DNA of 64,000 bases, taken from NCBI GenBank assembly GCA_024636155.1, contig JAGXHM010000125.1, positions 180 through 64,179 on the forward strand. Reading direction: 5' to 3'. This document shows, piece after piece, positions 40,204 to 50,070 of the stretch. The DNA comes from Deltaproteobacteria bacterium. Its GTDB lineage: Bacteria > Desulfobacterota > Desulfuromonadia > Desulfuromonadales > BM103. Every line of letters starts with the position of its first letter. Positions within the stretch are counted from its first letter, which is position 1. The position numbers and the translations under genes are program-made. The notes beneath the pieces were generated by a model that saw nothing but the letters and a program-made list of their open reading frames with translations, did not search any database and was not told where the DNA came from.

Positions 40204-42720
40204 TTGAAAGCTGTGATTATGGCAGGTGGTTTCGGTACTCGCATCCACCCTTTGACCATTAGTATGCCCAAGCCGATGATCCCATTGATCAATCGGCCAA
40301 TCATGGAACATATCGTCAACCTGCTCAAGCAACATGGCATTACTGACCTGATTCTTCTGCTGTTTCATCAACCTGAAACGATCAAAAAATATTTCGGCGA
40401 CGGCAGTGAATTCGGTATCCATATCACCTACGTGACACCATTGGAAGATTTCGGCACGGCTGGCGCTGTCAAAGCGGCAGCGCGCCATCTTAAAGAACGC
40501 TTCATGATTATCAGCGGCGACCTGCTGACTGACTTTGATCTGTCAAAGGTGATCGCCTTTCACGAAGAGAAACAAGCCAAAGCAACCATTACCCTGACAT
40601 CCGTGACCGACCCTCTGCAATTTGGCGTGGTCATCACCGACAAGGAATCCCGCATTACCAAGTTCCTTGAAAAACCCGGTTGGGGAGAAGTCTTTTCTGA
40701 CACGATCAATACTGGTATCTACATTTTGGAGCCAGAAGTTCTTGAGCTGATCCCGGACGGAGAGAATCGCGACTGGGCCAAAGATGTTTTCCCCAAAATG
40801 CTTGAGAATGAAGACGCTCTCCTGGGTTGTAATATGCAGGGTTACTGGGCCGACATCGGCAATCCAGAAGCTTACCTCGAAGCGTGCAAGGATATCTGTC
40901 ACGGTAAGGTTGCGGTCCAGATCTCCGAGCCTCCACTTTCGACAGACAGTACGATATTTATCAATCCTGGCGCCCAGGTGGATGAGCAAGCTATACTCTC
41001 CGGCATGGTTGTCCTCGGTGACAACACCCGGATTCATGGCAACGCCCGGCTCACCAACTGTGTGGTTGGCCGCAACTGCCAGATTGAAGAAGGTGCCGTC
41101 CTCGAAGACGCTGTACTCTGGGACAATGTCTACATCAAGACAGGGACCAGAGTCACGGGGGCCATCCTTGGCCACCGGGTTCGAATCGGGCAGCGGTCGG
41201 TCATTGAGGCTGGTGCCGTGATCGCCGATGAAACGATGGTCGGCGACGAAGTCAATATTCGCCCAAACGTCAAAATCTGGCCACGCAAAGTTATTGAGAA
41301 TGACTCTATCGTAGCCATCAACCTGATCTGGGGGGAAAAATGGCGCAAGACCCTCTTTGAAGATGCCGTGGTGCGCGGCCTGACCAATGTCGAGATGACC
41401 CCGGAGTTCTCTGCCCGCCTCGGGGCGGCTTATGGCTCTACGCTACCCAAAGACAGTTATATCCTGGCAGGTCGCGATGCCATCCGCTCATCACGCATGC
41501 TCAAACGCGCCTTTGTCGGCGGCCTGCTTTCCGCCGGTGTCAATGTCCGTGACATCAGAATGATCTCCTTGCCGGTGCTCCGCTACAAGCTGACCACCTT
41601 CGGCGAGGTCGGCGGCATCCATTTCCGCCAGTCACCAGAAGATCCCGCCGCCACGGAAATCGTCTTTTTTGATGGCGACGGCAACGAAATGCCCTCTGCC
41701 TCCGCCAAAAGCATAGAACGCATTTACTTCAAAGAAAATTTTCGCCGCGCCCATTATTCCGAACCCGGCGGCATTGAAGAACTACCACGCATCTACGATT
41801 TTTACCGTGAAGGGTTCCTGCGCAACCTTGATAGTCCTTTACTGAAAAAGACGGCACCCAAAGTGGTCTTGGATCTCAATCATTCACCTGCCGCTGACCT
41901 GTTGCCCGTCCTCTTAACAGACCTCGGTTTTGAAGTCACTGAGCTAAACTCCCACGTTCATGAAAAATCCGTGGACATGACTGACGACAAACTCAACACC
42001 GCACTTGATCGGTTAAGCCGCATCGTCAAAACCCTTGAGGCAGACGCTGGCTTCTGGATCGGGCCTTCGGGCGAGAAAATCCGTCTGGTCAGTGGCAGTG
42101 GTCGGGTTTTTTCCAGTCGCGAAGCGCTCAGCACATTGGCCGTTCTGGTTTGCAAGGCAGAGAAAGAAGGCAGTCTGGTGATGCCAGTAGCCGCCCCTCA
42201 AGCCGTGGATACCCTTGCCAGTGCTGGTGGACTGACTGTGCAACGCACCCGTTCCGATGGTTATTCGTTGGTTGAAGCAGCGCGTAGTCGTCAGGTTCGC
42301 TTTGTTGCTTCCATGGATGACCGCTTCGGTTTCCCAAGATTCCAACCGCACTTTGACGGTCTTTTTACCGCTGCCAAGATCATGGAACTCACAGCTCACA
42401 CAGGGCTTTCTCTGGATCAGGCTTTCGCAAAATTGCCCCGACACACCTATCATCATCTACAACTGCCCTGCCCCTGGGAGAGCAAGGGTGGGCTGATGCG
42501 GCGTATGAGCGAAGATGCCGTTGACCAGCAAGCGTCCTTCACCGATGGTGTACGCATCGACACGGATCGGGGCTGGGTTCTGGTCCTGCCTGACCAGCAT
42601 CGACCAATCGCGCATATCTACGTGGAAGCCATCGAACGAAATGACGCTGATTCCCTGCGGGACCTTTACCAGAAGAAAGTCTCCGGCTGGCTTAATGAGT
42701 TATCAAGCAGCTCACAGTAA
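40204..42720 (+). CDS. Sugar-1-phosphate nucleotidyltransferase (mannose-1-P guanylyltransferase-like) + hexapeptide repeats + degenerate PGM/PMM domain
   Basis: AGGFGTR...PKPM, FLEKP, left-handed beta-helix repeats, mutase-like C-terminal half; TTG start with AAGGAG RBS. Confidence 0.88.
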   Translation: MKAVIMAGGFGTRIHPLTISMPKPMIPLINRPIMEHIVNLLKQHGITDLILLLFHQPETIKKYFGDGSEFGIHITYVTPLEDFGTAGAVKAAARHLKERFMIISGDLLTDFDLSKVIAFHEEKQAKATITLTSVTDPLQFGVVITDKESRITKFLEKPGWGEVFSDTINTGIYILEPEVLELIPDGENRDWAKDVFPKMLENEDALLGCNMQGYWADIGNPEAYLEACKDICHGKVAVQISEPPLSTDSTIFINPGAQVDEQAILSGMVVLGDNTRIHGNARLTNCVVGRNCQIEEGAVLEDAVLWDNVYIKTGTRVTGAILGHRVRIGQRSVIEAGAVIADETMVGDEVNIRPNVKIWPRKVIENDSIVAINLIWGEKWRKTLFEDAVVRGLTNVEMTPEFSARLGAAYGSTLPKDSYILAGRDAIRSSRMLKRAFVGGLLSAGVNVRDIRMISLPVLRYKLTTFGEVGGIHFRQSPEDPAATEIVFFDGDGNEMPSASAKSIERIYFKENFRRAHYSEPGGIEELPRIYDFYREGFLRNLDSPLLKKTAPKVVLDLNHSPAADLLPVLLTDLGFEVTELNSHVHEKSVDMTDDKLNTALDRLSRIVKTLEADAGFWIGPSGEKIRLVSGSGRVFSSREALSTLAVLVCKAEKEGSLVMPVAAPQAVDTLASAGGLTVQRTRSDGYSLVEAARSRQVRFVASMDDRFGFPRFQPHFDGLFTAAKIMELTAHTGLSLDQAFAKLPRHTYHHLQLPCPWESKGGLMRRMSEDAVDQQASFTDGVRIDTDRGWVLVLPDQHRPIAHIYVEAIERNDADSLRDLYQKKVSGWLNELSSSSQ

Positions 42721-42919
42721 GAAGTTGTTGGCGACCCAAAGAATCCGAGTTTACAATCTCAACAAAAGTCTGCCAGATCGCGGCTTTGGAATGGGGCCGT
42801 GGCTTATACATCCAACCTCTACCCCCTGAGGGCGCTGCACATATTCTGCGCAGCACCGATCCGAACCTCAGCTTTTTAACAATTCAATTCATGATCATAC
42901 AAATGGAGCACTAACCGAG

Positions 42920-45900
42920 ATGTCGTTGCCCCTTGACAAAAAACCACTATTGAATCGGCTCACACTGCAGCAGCTGCAGCAGGCAGGCTTGAGCGAACTG
43001 GCAGAGAATCTGCTCGACATCAATCCCGCCCGGAAGTTTGCTCTTTGGCGCCAGGCCTCCGGAGTTGAGGTCTACCTGCTCACCCTGCTGAAAGTAGCGG
43101 CAAGGCAGATGGCCCTGCGTTACTTTACCCAACTAGCTTTGCATCCCGGAATTGACAAAATCAACCTCGCCGGAGCAGCGCATTCCGTACCAGAGCTTGA
43201 TTCAGCATACCGCGAGTTTCTTTATTGTTACCCCAGAGAGGAGCTGACAATAGCAAGCGATACCGGCGCGAATGCAGCTGAAATTCTGGCTCGCCAACGC
43301 GTGCTTGCAGAAATTTTTATCCTTGAAACACTGCTTGACAATCCGGCGACTCAGTCCTTTCATGACCTCTTTGATGACACCGAACTGATTTCACGCTTCG
43401 ACTACCATGCTCTTATTGTTCGACTCGCCGCTCTACCAAAGCCTTCGCAAGAGGACAAACTCTGGGGACAAAGTCTTCCGGAACTCCTGCGGGCGCCGAT
43501 GCGTGCAGCGCCACATAGCCTGCTTGACCAGGCTTCTTACATCGCTCTGCATTGGGCGTCATGGTTACCGAAGAGTCTCATTGTCGACGTGCAACTGGCC
43601 TGCGCGATAGCTGCCGAGGAAAGCCAGCCACACCTGCCCGGCCCGGGTCCATCACCCAGTCCCCTCTTCGGCAAAAGTGACGGCAGTGATGCTCCACCCG
43701 CTTTCACTGCTGACATTGACTGGATGACCAGCTCTGTCCTGCTCGCCAAGTCGATCTATGTCTGGCTCGACCAACTCAGCAGTCGTTATCAACGCAGCAT
43801 CACCACTCTCTCCGATATCCCGGATGAGGAGTTGGCCTGTCTGGCAAACTGGGGGTTCAACGCACTCTGGCTGATTGGCATCTGGGAGCGTTCCCAGGCA
43901 TCAAAGCGCATTAAACAACTCTCTGGCAACCCGGAGGCGGAAGCCTCCGCTTATGCGCTACATGCATACCGGGTTGCCGAAGACCTCGGTGGCGAAGAGG
44001 CTCTGCAGAACCTTGAGCAACGTTGCCACAATCACGGCATTCGCTTAGCTTGCGACGTGGTTCCCAACCATACCGGCATCGATTCCGAATGGGTGAAGCA
44101 ACATCCCGACTGGTTTTTGCAGGCCGATCAGCCACCCTACCCGGCTTACCGTTTCAGTGGACCGGATCTTTGCGACGCAGACGAAATAAGCATCCGCATC
44201 GAAGATGGCTACTGGGACCATAGCGATGCAGCTGTTGTCTATGAGCACCAAGATCATCGCACCGGGCAACGCCGTTATATCTATCATGGCAACGACGGCA
44301 CCCATATGCCCTGGAACGACACCGCCCAGCTCAACTTCCTGCTCCCGGAAGTACGCCAGGCAATGAGCGACCTGATCGTTACTATCGCCCGTCGGTTCAG
44401 CATGATCCGCTTCGATGCCGCCATGACCCTGGCGCGCAAACATTTTCGCCGACTCTGGTTCCCGCCGCCGGGCGGCAGCGCCGGCGTTCCCTCACGTTCG
44501 ACCTTCTGGATGTCTGATGCCGATTTCGAAAAGTTTTTTCCTGTCGAATTCTGGCGGGAGGTAGTTGATCGCATTAATCGCGAAGTCCCGGACACCTTGC
44601 TGATTGCCGAAGCTTTCTGGATGATGGAGAGCTACTTCGTCCGCAATCTTGGCATGCACCGCGTCTACAACAGTGCCTTTATGAATATGCTCAAGCGTGA
44701 AGAGAATGCAAAATACCGAAAAATTCTCAAAGACACCCTGGCGTACAATTCGGAAATTCTGAAGCGACACGTCAACTTCATGAACAACCCGGACGAAGCG
44801 ACCGCCGTTGAGCAGTTTGACAAAGGGGACAAATATTTCGGCGTCGCAACCTTGCTCGCCACCCTCCCCGGCTTGCCAATGTTTGGTCATGGCCAGATTG
44901 AAGGTTACCGGGAAAAATATGGCATGGAGTACCGTCGTGCCTACTGGGATGAATCACCTGATGGCGGATTTGTCTCTCATCATGAACAGCAGGTTTTTCC
45001 ACTGTTGCGCATTCGGCATCTCTTTTCTGGTGTCGAACACTTTTCTTTTTATGACTTTACAACGACTCACGGTGTTGATGAGAACGTCTACGCCTACAGC
45101 AACGGCCCTGCCGGTGGGAAAGCACTGGTTGTCTACAACAACGCTGCGCAACGTACGGCAGGCCGGCTACATCATGCGGCCCCGAAAGCAGCACCGGAGC
45201 AGGAAGGACTGGCGCACCCGATGCCGCCTCTCTGCCAGGAGCTGGGCCTTGACCCCGCCGTGGGAGAGTTTTGCCGTTTTCGTAACTTGCAGGGGCTTGA
45301 ATACCTGCGGCAGGTCGATCAACTAAGTCATGGTTTTGAGCTTTGTCTGGACGGATATGAGCATCAGGTCTTTCATGACTTCCAACTTTTTCACGACACC
45401 GATGGCCGTTGGCAGAAACTTCACCAGTCTTTGCACGGCAATGCGGTTGACAACCTCGATCGCGAGTTACTGCGAATGTTCCATCAACCGCTCTGGCATG
45501 TGTTCACCAAACTTCTGGAACCGGGTCGTTTGCATGTCTTAGTCGGCGGAGTGACTGCATCGCCCCAACCGCGGCCGATCAGAGCGTTAGTTGCGGAACT
45601 GTCCGAGGAGCTTTGTGCTTTTGCTGCAGAGCTGCGCTCCTCAGCAAACCTTCACAGCGAGGAATCTGCCACCCCCACCGAGTTAGCAGAGCTGCTTGCA
45701 GCCTTACCTGACTGGCTTGCCGATCTATCTTCAGCGAAAATGCCGGAGAGATTGCTGGCTGATTTATGGTACGGCACGCGCACGCAATCCGGACTGGGCG
45801 TTTCTCTCTTCAGCTGGCTCTTACTACATAACCTGGGTAAGATGCTGGAGCTTTCCGACGACACGCACTGTCTGAAATATTTCCGCCAATTCGGCCTTGA

Positions 45901-46360
45901 CTACGCCTGGCAGGAGATCGCTACATCAGCAGAGCAGGAAAGAGATGTCTTCCTCGCCTCATTACTGATGCAGACATCCGCACTCTCCCCGCCCCCAGCA
46001 ACAAACGAACCTGCTTTCGCGAAGCTGTGCTATGACCCTGACAACACCAGATTGCTCGGCATCAATTCTCATGCTGAGAAAACCTGGTTCTTGCAGGAGG
46101 GCATGGCTGCCCTGGCAGGGGCCGTCGCTTTACAGGCTGAAATCATGCAACTTATGTCAAAAGCAGAAACAGAAGTTACTGACACATCGGCCCCAGTCAT
46201 ACCAGTCATACCAGTCATACCAGTCATACCAGTCATACCAGTCATACCAGTCATACCAGTCATACCAGTCATACCAGCCATACCAGCCATCCTGCGTCAG
46301 CGTCTGGCGCGCGCTGCGGCAGTCGGCTACCGACTGGATAAATTTCTGAACTTAGGTTAG
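42920..46360 (+). CDS. Large GH13 alpha-amylase-family protein
   Basis: DVVPNH, RFDAAM, AEAFW, NNPDE catalytic regions. Confidence 0.85.
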   Translation: MSLPLDKKPLLNRLTLQQLQQAGLSELAENLLDINPARKFALWRQASGVEVYLLTLLKVAARQMALRYFTQLALHPGIDKINLAGAAHSVPELDSAYREFLYCYPREELTIASDTGANAAEILARQRVLAEIFILETLLDNPATQSFHDLFDDTELISRFDYHALIVRLAALPKPSQEDKLWGQSLPELLRAPMRAAPHSLLDQASYIALHWASWLPKSLIVDVQLACAIAAEESQPHLPGPGPSPSPLFGKSDGSDAPPAFTADIDWMTSSVLLAKSIYVWLDQLSSRYQRSITTLSDIPDEELACLANWGFNALWLIGIWERSQASKRIKQLSGNPEAEASAYALHAYRVAEDLGGEEALQNLEQRCHNHGIRLACDVVPNHTGIDSEWVKQHPDWFLQADQPPYPAYRFSGPDLCDADEISIRIEDGYWDHSDAAVVYEHQDHRTGQRRYIYHGNDGTHMPWNDTAQLNFLLPEVRQAMSDLIVTIARRFSMIRFDAAMTLARKHFRRLWFPPPGGSAGVPSRSTFWMSDADFEKFFPVEFWREVVDRINREVPDTLLIAEAFWMMESYFVRNLGMHRVYNSAFMNMLKREENAKYRKILKDTLAYNSEILKRHVNFMNNPDEATAVEQFDKGDKYFGVATLLATLPGLPMFGHGQIEGYREKYGMEYRRAYWDESPDGGFVSHHEQQVFPLLRIRHLFSGVEHFSFYDFTTTHGVDENVYAYSNGPAGGKALVVYNNAAQRTAGRLHHAAPKAAPEQEGLAHPMPPLCQELGLDPAVGEFCRFRNLQGLEYLRQVDQLSHGFELCLDGYEHQVFHDFQLFHDTDGRWQKLHQSLHGNAVDNLDRELLRMFHQPLWHVFTKLLEPGRLHVLVGGVTASPQPRPIRALVAELSEELCAFAAELRSSANLHSEESATPTELAELLAALPDWLADLSSAKMPERLLADLWYGTRTQSGLGVSLFSWLLLHNLGKMLELSDDTHCLKYFRQFGLDYAWQEIATSAEQERDVFLASLLMQTSALSPPPATNEPAFAKLCYDPDNTRLLGINSHAEKTWFLQEGMAALAGAVALQAEIMQLMSKAETEVTDTSAPVIPVIPVIPVIPVIPVIPVIPVIPVIPAIPAILRQRLARAAAVGYRLDKFLNLG
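46193..46291 (+). repeat. 9-bp coding tandem repeat (CCAGTCATA)x9 plus 2 variant units
   Basis: Counted directly; encodes (PVI)9(PAI)2. Confidence 0.97.
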
Positions 46361-46417
46361 AATGCCGCCTTGAAATGATCAACTCTAACCACAATAAGAA
46401 TCGTGCCTGAGATGGCC

Positions 46418-47869
46418 ATGAAACTACTCATGGTCGCCTCTGAAGCAGCGCCCTTCGCCAAGACTGGCGGACTTGCAGATGTCGTCGGCTCTTTGCCGCT
46501 GGCGCTGCACGCCCTTGGCCATGATGTGCGCCTGGTCATGCCCTGGTATCGAGCCGTGCGCGGAGTCACCGGCAATCTCCGTCTGAGTCGACGGAAGCTG
46601 TCGATCCCCATAGGGGGTAACGTTTACCAGGTGGGCTACCGCACTGGTGAGCTCAAAGGAGTGCCGGTCTACTTCATTGACGTACCGGAATTTTATGATC
46701 GACCCGAGCTTTATGGTGAACATGGTCAGGATTATCCGGACAATGCCGACCGCTTCGGCCTGCTCAGCCTGGCCGCCCTTGAACTCGTTCGTCAGCTCAA
46801 GTTTGTGCCGGATGTTATTCACGCCCACGACTGGCAAGCAGGGCTGATCCCGGTTTACCTGCACCAGCAACGCAGCCACGATTCTTTCTTTGCCAGAACC
46901 GGCTGCCTTTTCACCATTCACAACCTCGGTTATCAGGGGATGTTCCCACTGGAGACAGGACGAGCACTCGGCATTGAAGAATCTTTGTTAAACTCGGACG
47001 GCCTCGAATATCATGGCCAGATTTCTCTGTTAAAAGGTGGTATCCGCTTTGCTGATCAGGTCAACACCGTCTCTCCGACCTATTGTCAGGAGATCCAGAC
47101 ACCAGAATGCGGCATCGGCCTGGATGGCCTGCTGCGTTCACGGGCTGATCGACTGCACGGTCTTTTAAACGGACTGGACGGCAAGCTCTGGTCGCCAGCC
47201 AATGATCAGAGTCTGATGCGCACTTATACGCCAGAGAGTCTGACCGGCAAGCCCGCATGCAAAAAAGCCTTACAGAAGGAGCTCGGCCTGCAGCTCTCAT
47301 CGAAGACGCCGATTTTCGCCATGGTCACACGGCTCGACAGCCAGAAAGGGATTGATCTGCTCCTTGAGAGCTGGGACAAGATCATGACCCGCAATCTGCA
47401 GCTGGTTATCCTCGGCACCGGCAATCCGGACTTTGAACATCGCCTTGCCGAAGCTGCTGGATTTTATCCTGACCAGGCAAGCGTACAACTGCGCTACGAC
47501 GACGCGCTGTCACGACGCATCTATGCTGGCAGCGACCTGTTCCTGATGCCGAGCCGCTATGAACCGTGCGGCTTGGGTCAATTGATCGCCCTGCGTTACG
47601 GATCTGTGCCTCTGGTTCATGCCACCGGCGGGCTGGTTGATACAATTGTCGACCCACGAGAATCAGCAGATCAGGCGAATGGCTTTCTGTTCCACGAATA
47701 CCGGCACAAGAGCTTGCTAGACTGCATAGACAGGTCTCTGACGGCTTACGCAGAGCCGAAGGGATGGCAGAAGCTTGTGCGACAAGGAATGACTCAGGAT
47801 TTTTCCTGGCCCCATGCCGCTGAAAAATACGTCGAACTCTATCGCTTGTGTACAAAGGAATTGCAATGA
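46418..47869 (+). CDS. glgA: Glycogen synthase
   Basis: KTGGLADV, HAHDWQ, TIHNLGYQG, PSRYEPCGL. Confidence 0.95.
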   Translation: MKLLMVASEAAPFAKTGGLADVVGSLPLALHALGHDVRLVMPWYRAVRGVTGNLRLSRRKLSIPIGGNVYQVGYRTGELKGVPVYFIDVPEFYDRPELYGEHGQDYPDNADRFGLLSLAALELVRQLKFVPDVIHAHDWQAGLIPVYLHQQRSHDSFFARTGCLFTIHNLGYQGMFPLETGRALGIEESLLNSDGLEYHGQISLLKGGIRFADQVNTVSPTYCQEIQTPECGIGLDGLLRSRADRLHGLLNGLDGKLWSPANDQSLMRTYTPESLTGKPACKKALQKELGLQLSSKTPIFAMVTRLDSQKGIDLLLESWDKIMTRNLQLVILGTGNPDFEHRLAEAAGFYPDQASVQLRYDDALSRRIYAGSDLFLMPSRYEPCGLGQLIALRYGSVPLVHATGGLVDTIVDPRESADQANGFLFHEYRHKSLLDCIDRSLTAYAEPKGWQKLVRQGMTQDFSWPHAAEKYVELYRLCTKELQ

Positions 47870-48090
47870 CGGACAATCAGGAGAATGTTCCTGACGTGGA
47901 ACAACCCGAAGCAGAGGCCAAGAGAGTACGCTTCCCCGAGCTCGCCGAACTTGAGGAAAAGATCCAGCGTCGTCTACGTAGTAACCAGCGCTTTCTGGAG
48001 CGGTTCATGGACGAAGATTTCGATGAAATGGATGAAGAGGATGCTGACAGTAGCACCGAAGATGATGAACCGGATCAGGTTGAACTCTAG
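47866..48090 (+). CDS. Small acidic hypothetical protein
   Basis: ATGA overlap with the glgA stop; acidic tail. Confidence 0.65.
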   Translation: MTDNQENVPDVEQPEAEAKRVRFPELAELEEKIQRRLRSNQRFLERFMDEDFDEMDEEDADSSTEDDEPDQVEL

Positions 48091-48251
48091 CAACCTATAC
48101 GGACTATCAATGAACTGGCTACAAATTCGCATGTTTGGTCCATATCTCAGCTCCTTTTCGACCAATAGCTACGGCTATTACTCTCAAATGAGCTAAAATC
48201 TGGTCTCAAACATCCAAATTTTCGCTTCAGCCCTGATTGTCCGACAGGCTG

Positions 48252-48557
48252 CTAGGAAACGGACGAGGAGCTTGCCAGAGTATCAAGATATTCCTGCCAC
48301 TCAGTAGGGAGCAGGTCGCGCTTGCGAGTGTTGCACTCTTTACAGGCTGGAACACAGTTACCGCGCGTACTCCGGCCGCCGCGAACCAGAGGCAAGACAT
48401 GGTCCAGGGTCAGATCGCCAGCGGCAAAATGAACGCCGCAATAGTGACAGAGACCAGTGGCAATCCGGTTACGCCACCATTGAGAGCGACGTAATTCGCG
48501 AGCTTTCTGCCGCTCGCGGCGCAATTGTTCTTCTGAAATATCGAACCAGGGTTCCAC
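48252..48557 (-). CDS. Small HNH endonuclease-domain protein
   Basis: CHYC...LTLDHVLPLVRGG...N.VPACKECN; GTG start with GAGG RBS. Confidence 0.88.
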   Translation of the reverse strand: MEPWFDISEEQLRRERQKARELRRSQWWRNRIATGLCHYCGVHFAAGDLTLDHVLPLVRGGRSTRGNCVPACKECNTRKRDLLPTEWQEYLDTLASSSSVS

Positions 48558-48717
48558 TATCAACCTCTCTTTTAGTTTACTTGATCTTAAGCGACTTCGT
48601 TCTTTCGGGCAAGTTTCAGAACAAAGCCCAGCATAAGAGCAGCACAATAATTGGTCAAGCAACTGTTATGACCATCTATCTCGTCTCTATACGTGAAACT
48701 AACGAAGGAATCACCAG

Positions 48718-50070
48718 ATGAACATACTCGTTGTTGGTGCTGGTCAGGTCGGCTACTTTCTCTGCGAACGGCTCTCATTGGAGGGGCACGAGGTAACCCT
48801 TGTCGACCGTGATCAGGAGCATCTCAATGCCGCTCAGGATCGCCTCAATGTGCTTGGCGTCCTCGGCAACGGTGCCAGCGCCGAAGTCATGGAACAGGCC
48901 GGTATCAAGAAGGCGGATATTGTCATGGCCGTCACCGACCTCGATGAGGTTAATATTCTGGTTTGCCTGCTGGCACGAGAATATGGCGTCGGCAAGCGGA
49001 TTGCCCGCGTCAAGAGCATCGACTACCTGAGCCGGGGTGCAGTACTCTCAAAGGACAAGCTCGGCATCGACCTGATGATCAATCCGGACGATGCCGTGGC
49101 CGACGAGCTCTCTAACCTGGCTGGCAGAGCAGGAACTTTCGATGTTGCCGAATTTGTCGATGGCCAGATCCAGTTTCTCGGCTATCGCATCACGGCAGAC
49201 AGCCCGTTATGTGACCTGACCCTGAAAGAACTTGGTGAAATTCGCGGCATGTATCGCTTTGTCGTGGTTGCCATTACGCGCCACGGGCACACTATAATAC
49301 CCCGTGGTGACGACACTATTCAGGTTGGCGACAGCATCTTCATCTTTGCCCACAAGGAAGAGCTGCCTGCCATCCAATACCTATTGCATATTGAAGAAGA
49401 TAAGCACAGTGGAGCTCGTAAGGCCTTCATTCTCGGTGGTGGTCGGATCGGCCTGCGCGTCGCCCGAAATCTCGAAGAACGCGGCTTTAACGTCCGTCTG
49501 ATTGAACGTGATCTGGTCCGTTGCGAAAAACTTTCGGCAAAGTTAAAGAAGACCATGGTTATTCACGCCGAGGGCACAGATATCAGGGCTCTGCTCGACG
49601 AGGGTGTCGCTGAGGCCGATGTCTTTATTGCAGCAACCGAAAATGACGAAACCAATATTCTTTGTTCACTCCTTTGCAAACGTCACGGTACGCGTCGGAC
49701 CCTCTGCCTGGTCAATCGACCTGAATTTCTCGACCTGGCCCCCTCTCTTGGCGTTGATGCCTGTGTCTCGCCGCGGCTTTCAGCTGCAGGCGCGATCTTG
49801 AAGTTTGCCCGTAAGGGCAATGTTATCTCCCTGGCCACTATCGAGGGTAGCAATTCGGAAGTTCTGGAAATTGAGATAAAAACAGGCAGTCAGATTCTCG
49901 ACACGCCGCTCAAGAATCTCCACTTCCCGCGTGGTGCCATCATCGGTGCAATTGTTCACCAACAGGGTTACGAAATCCCGGACGGTGAAAACCGCATTAA
50001 AGTCGGCGACCGGGTTTTGGTCTTCGCTCTTCCTGAAGCACTTGCCAAGGTAGAAAGGTTCTTCGAATAG
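48718..50070 (+). CDS. trkA: Trk potassium uptake NAD-binding subunit
   Basis: Two RCK domains (GAGQVG, GGGRIG). Confidence 0.95.
   Translation: MNILVVGAGQVGYFLCERLSLEGHEVTLVDRDQEHLNAAQDRLNVLGVLGNGASAEVMEQAGIKKADIVMAVTDLDEVNILVCLLAREYGVGKRIARVKSIDYLSRGAVLSKDKLGIDLMINPDDAVADELSNLAGRAGTFDVAEFVDGQIQFLGYRITADSPLCDLTLKELGEIRGMYRFVVVAITRHGHTIIPRGDDTIQVGDSIFIFAHKEELPAIQYLLHIEEDKHSGARKAFILGGGRIGLRVARNLEERGFNVRLIERDLVRCEKLSAKLKKTMVIHAEGTDIRALLDEGVAEADVFIAATENDETNILCSLLCKRHGTRRTLCLVNRPEFLDLAPSLGVDACVSPRLSAAGAILKFARKGNVISLATIEGSNSEVLEIEIKTGSQILDTPLKNLHFPRGAIIGAIVHQQGYEIPDGENRIKVGDRVLVFALPEALAKVERFFE

Noticed and set aside
42826-42860. Hairpin GGCGCTGCAC...GCGCAGCACC
   Set aside because: Single imperfect copy in the window with no T-tract; not enough to call.
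48252-48557. HNH gene as a mobile or defence element
   Set aside because: Short stand-alone HNH among housekeeping genes, with no flanking repeats or mobility genes.
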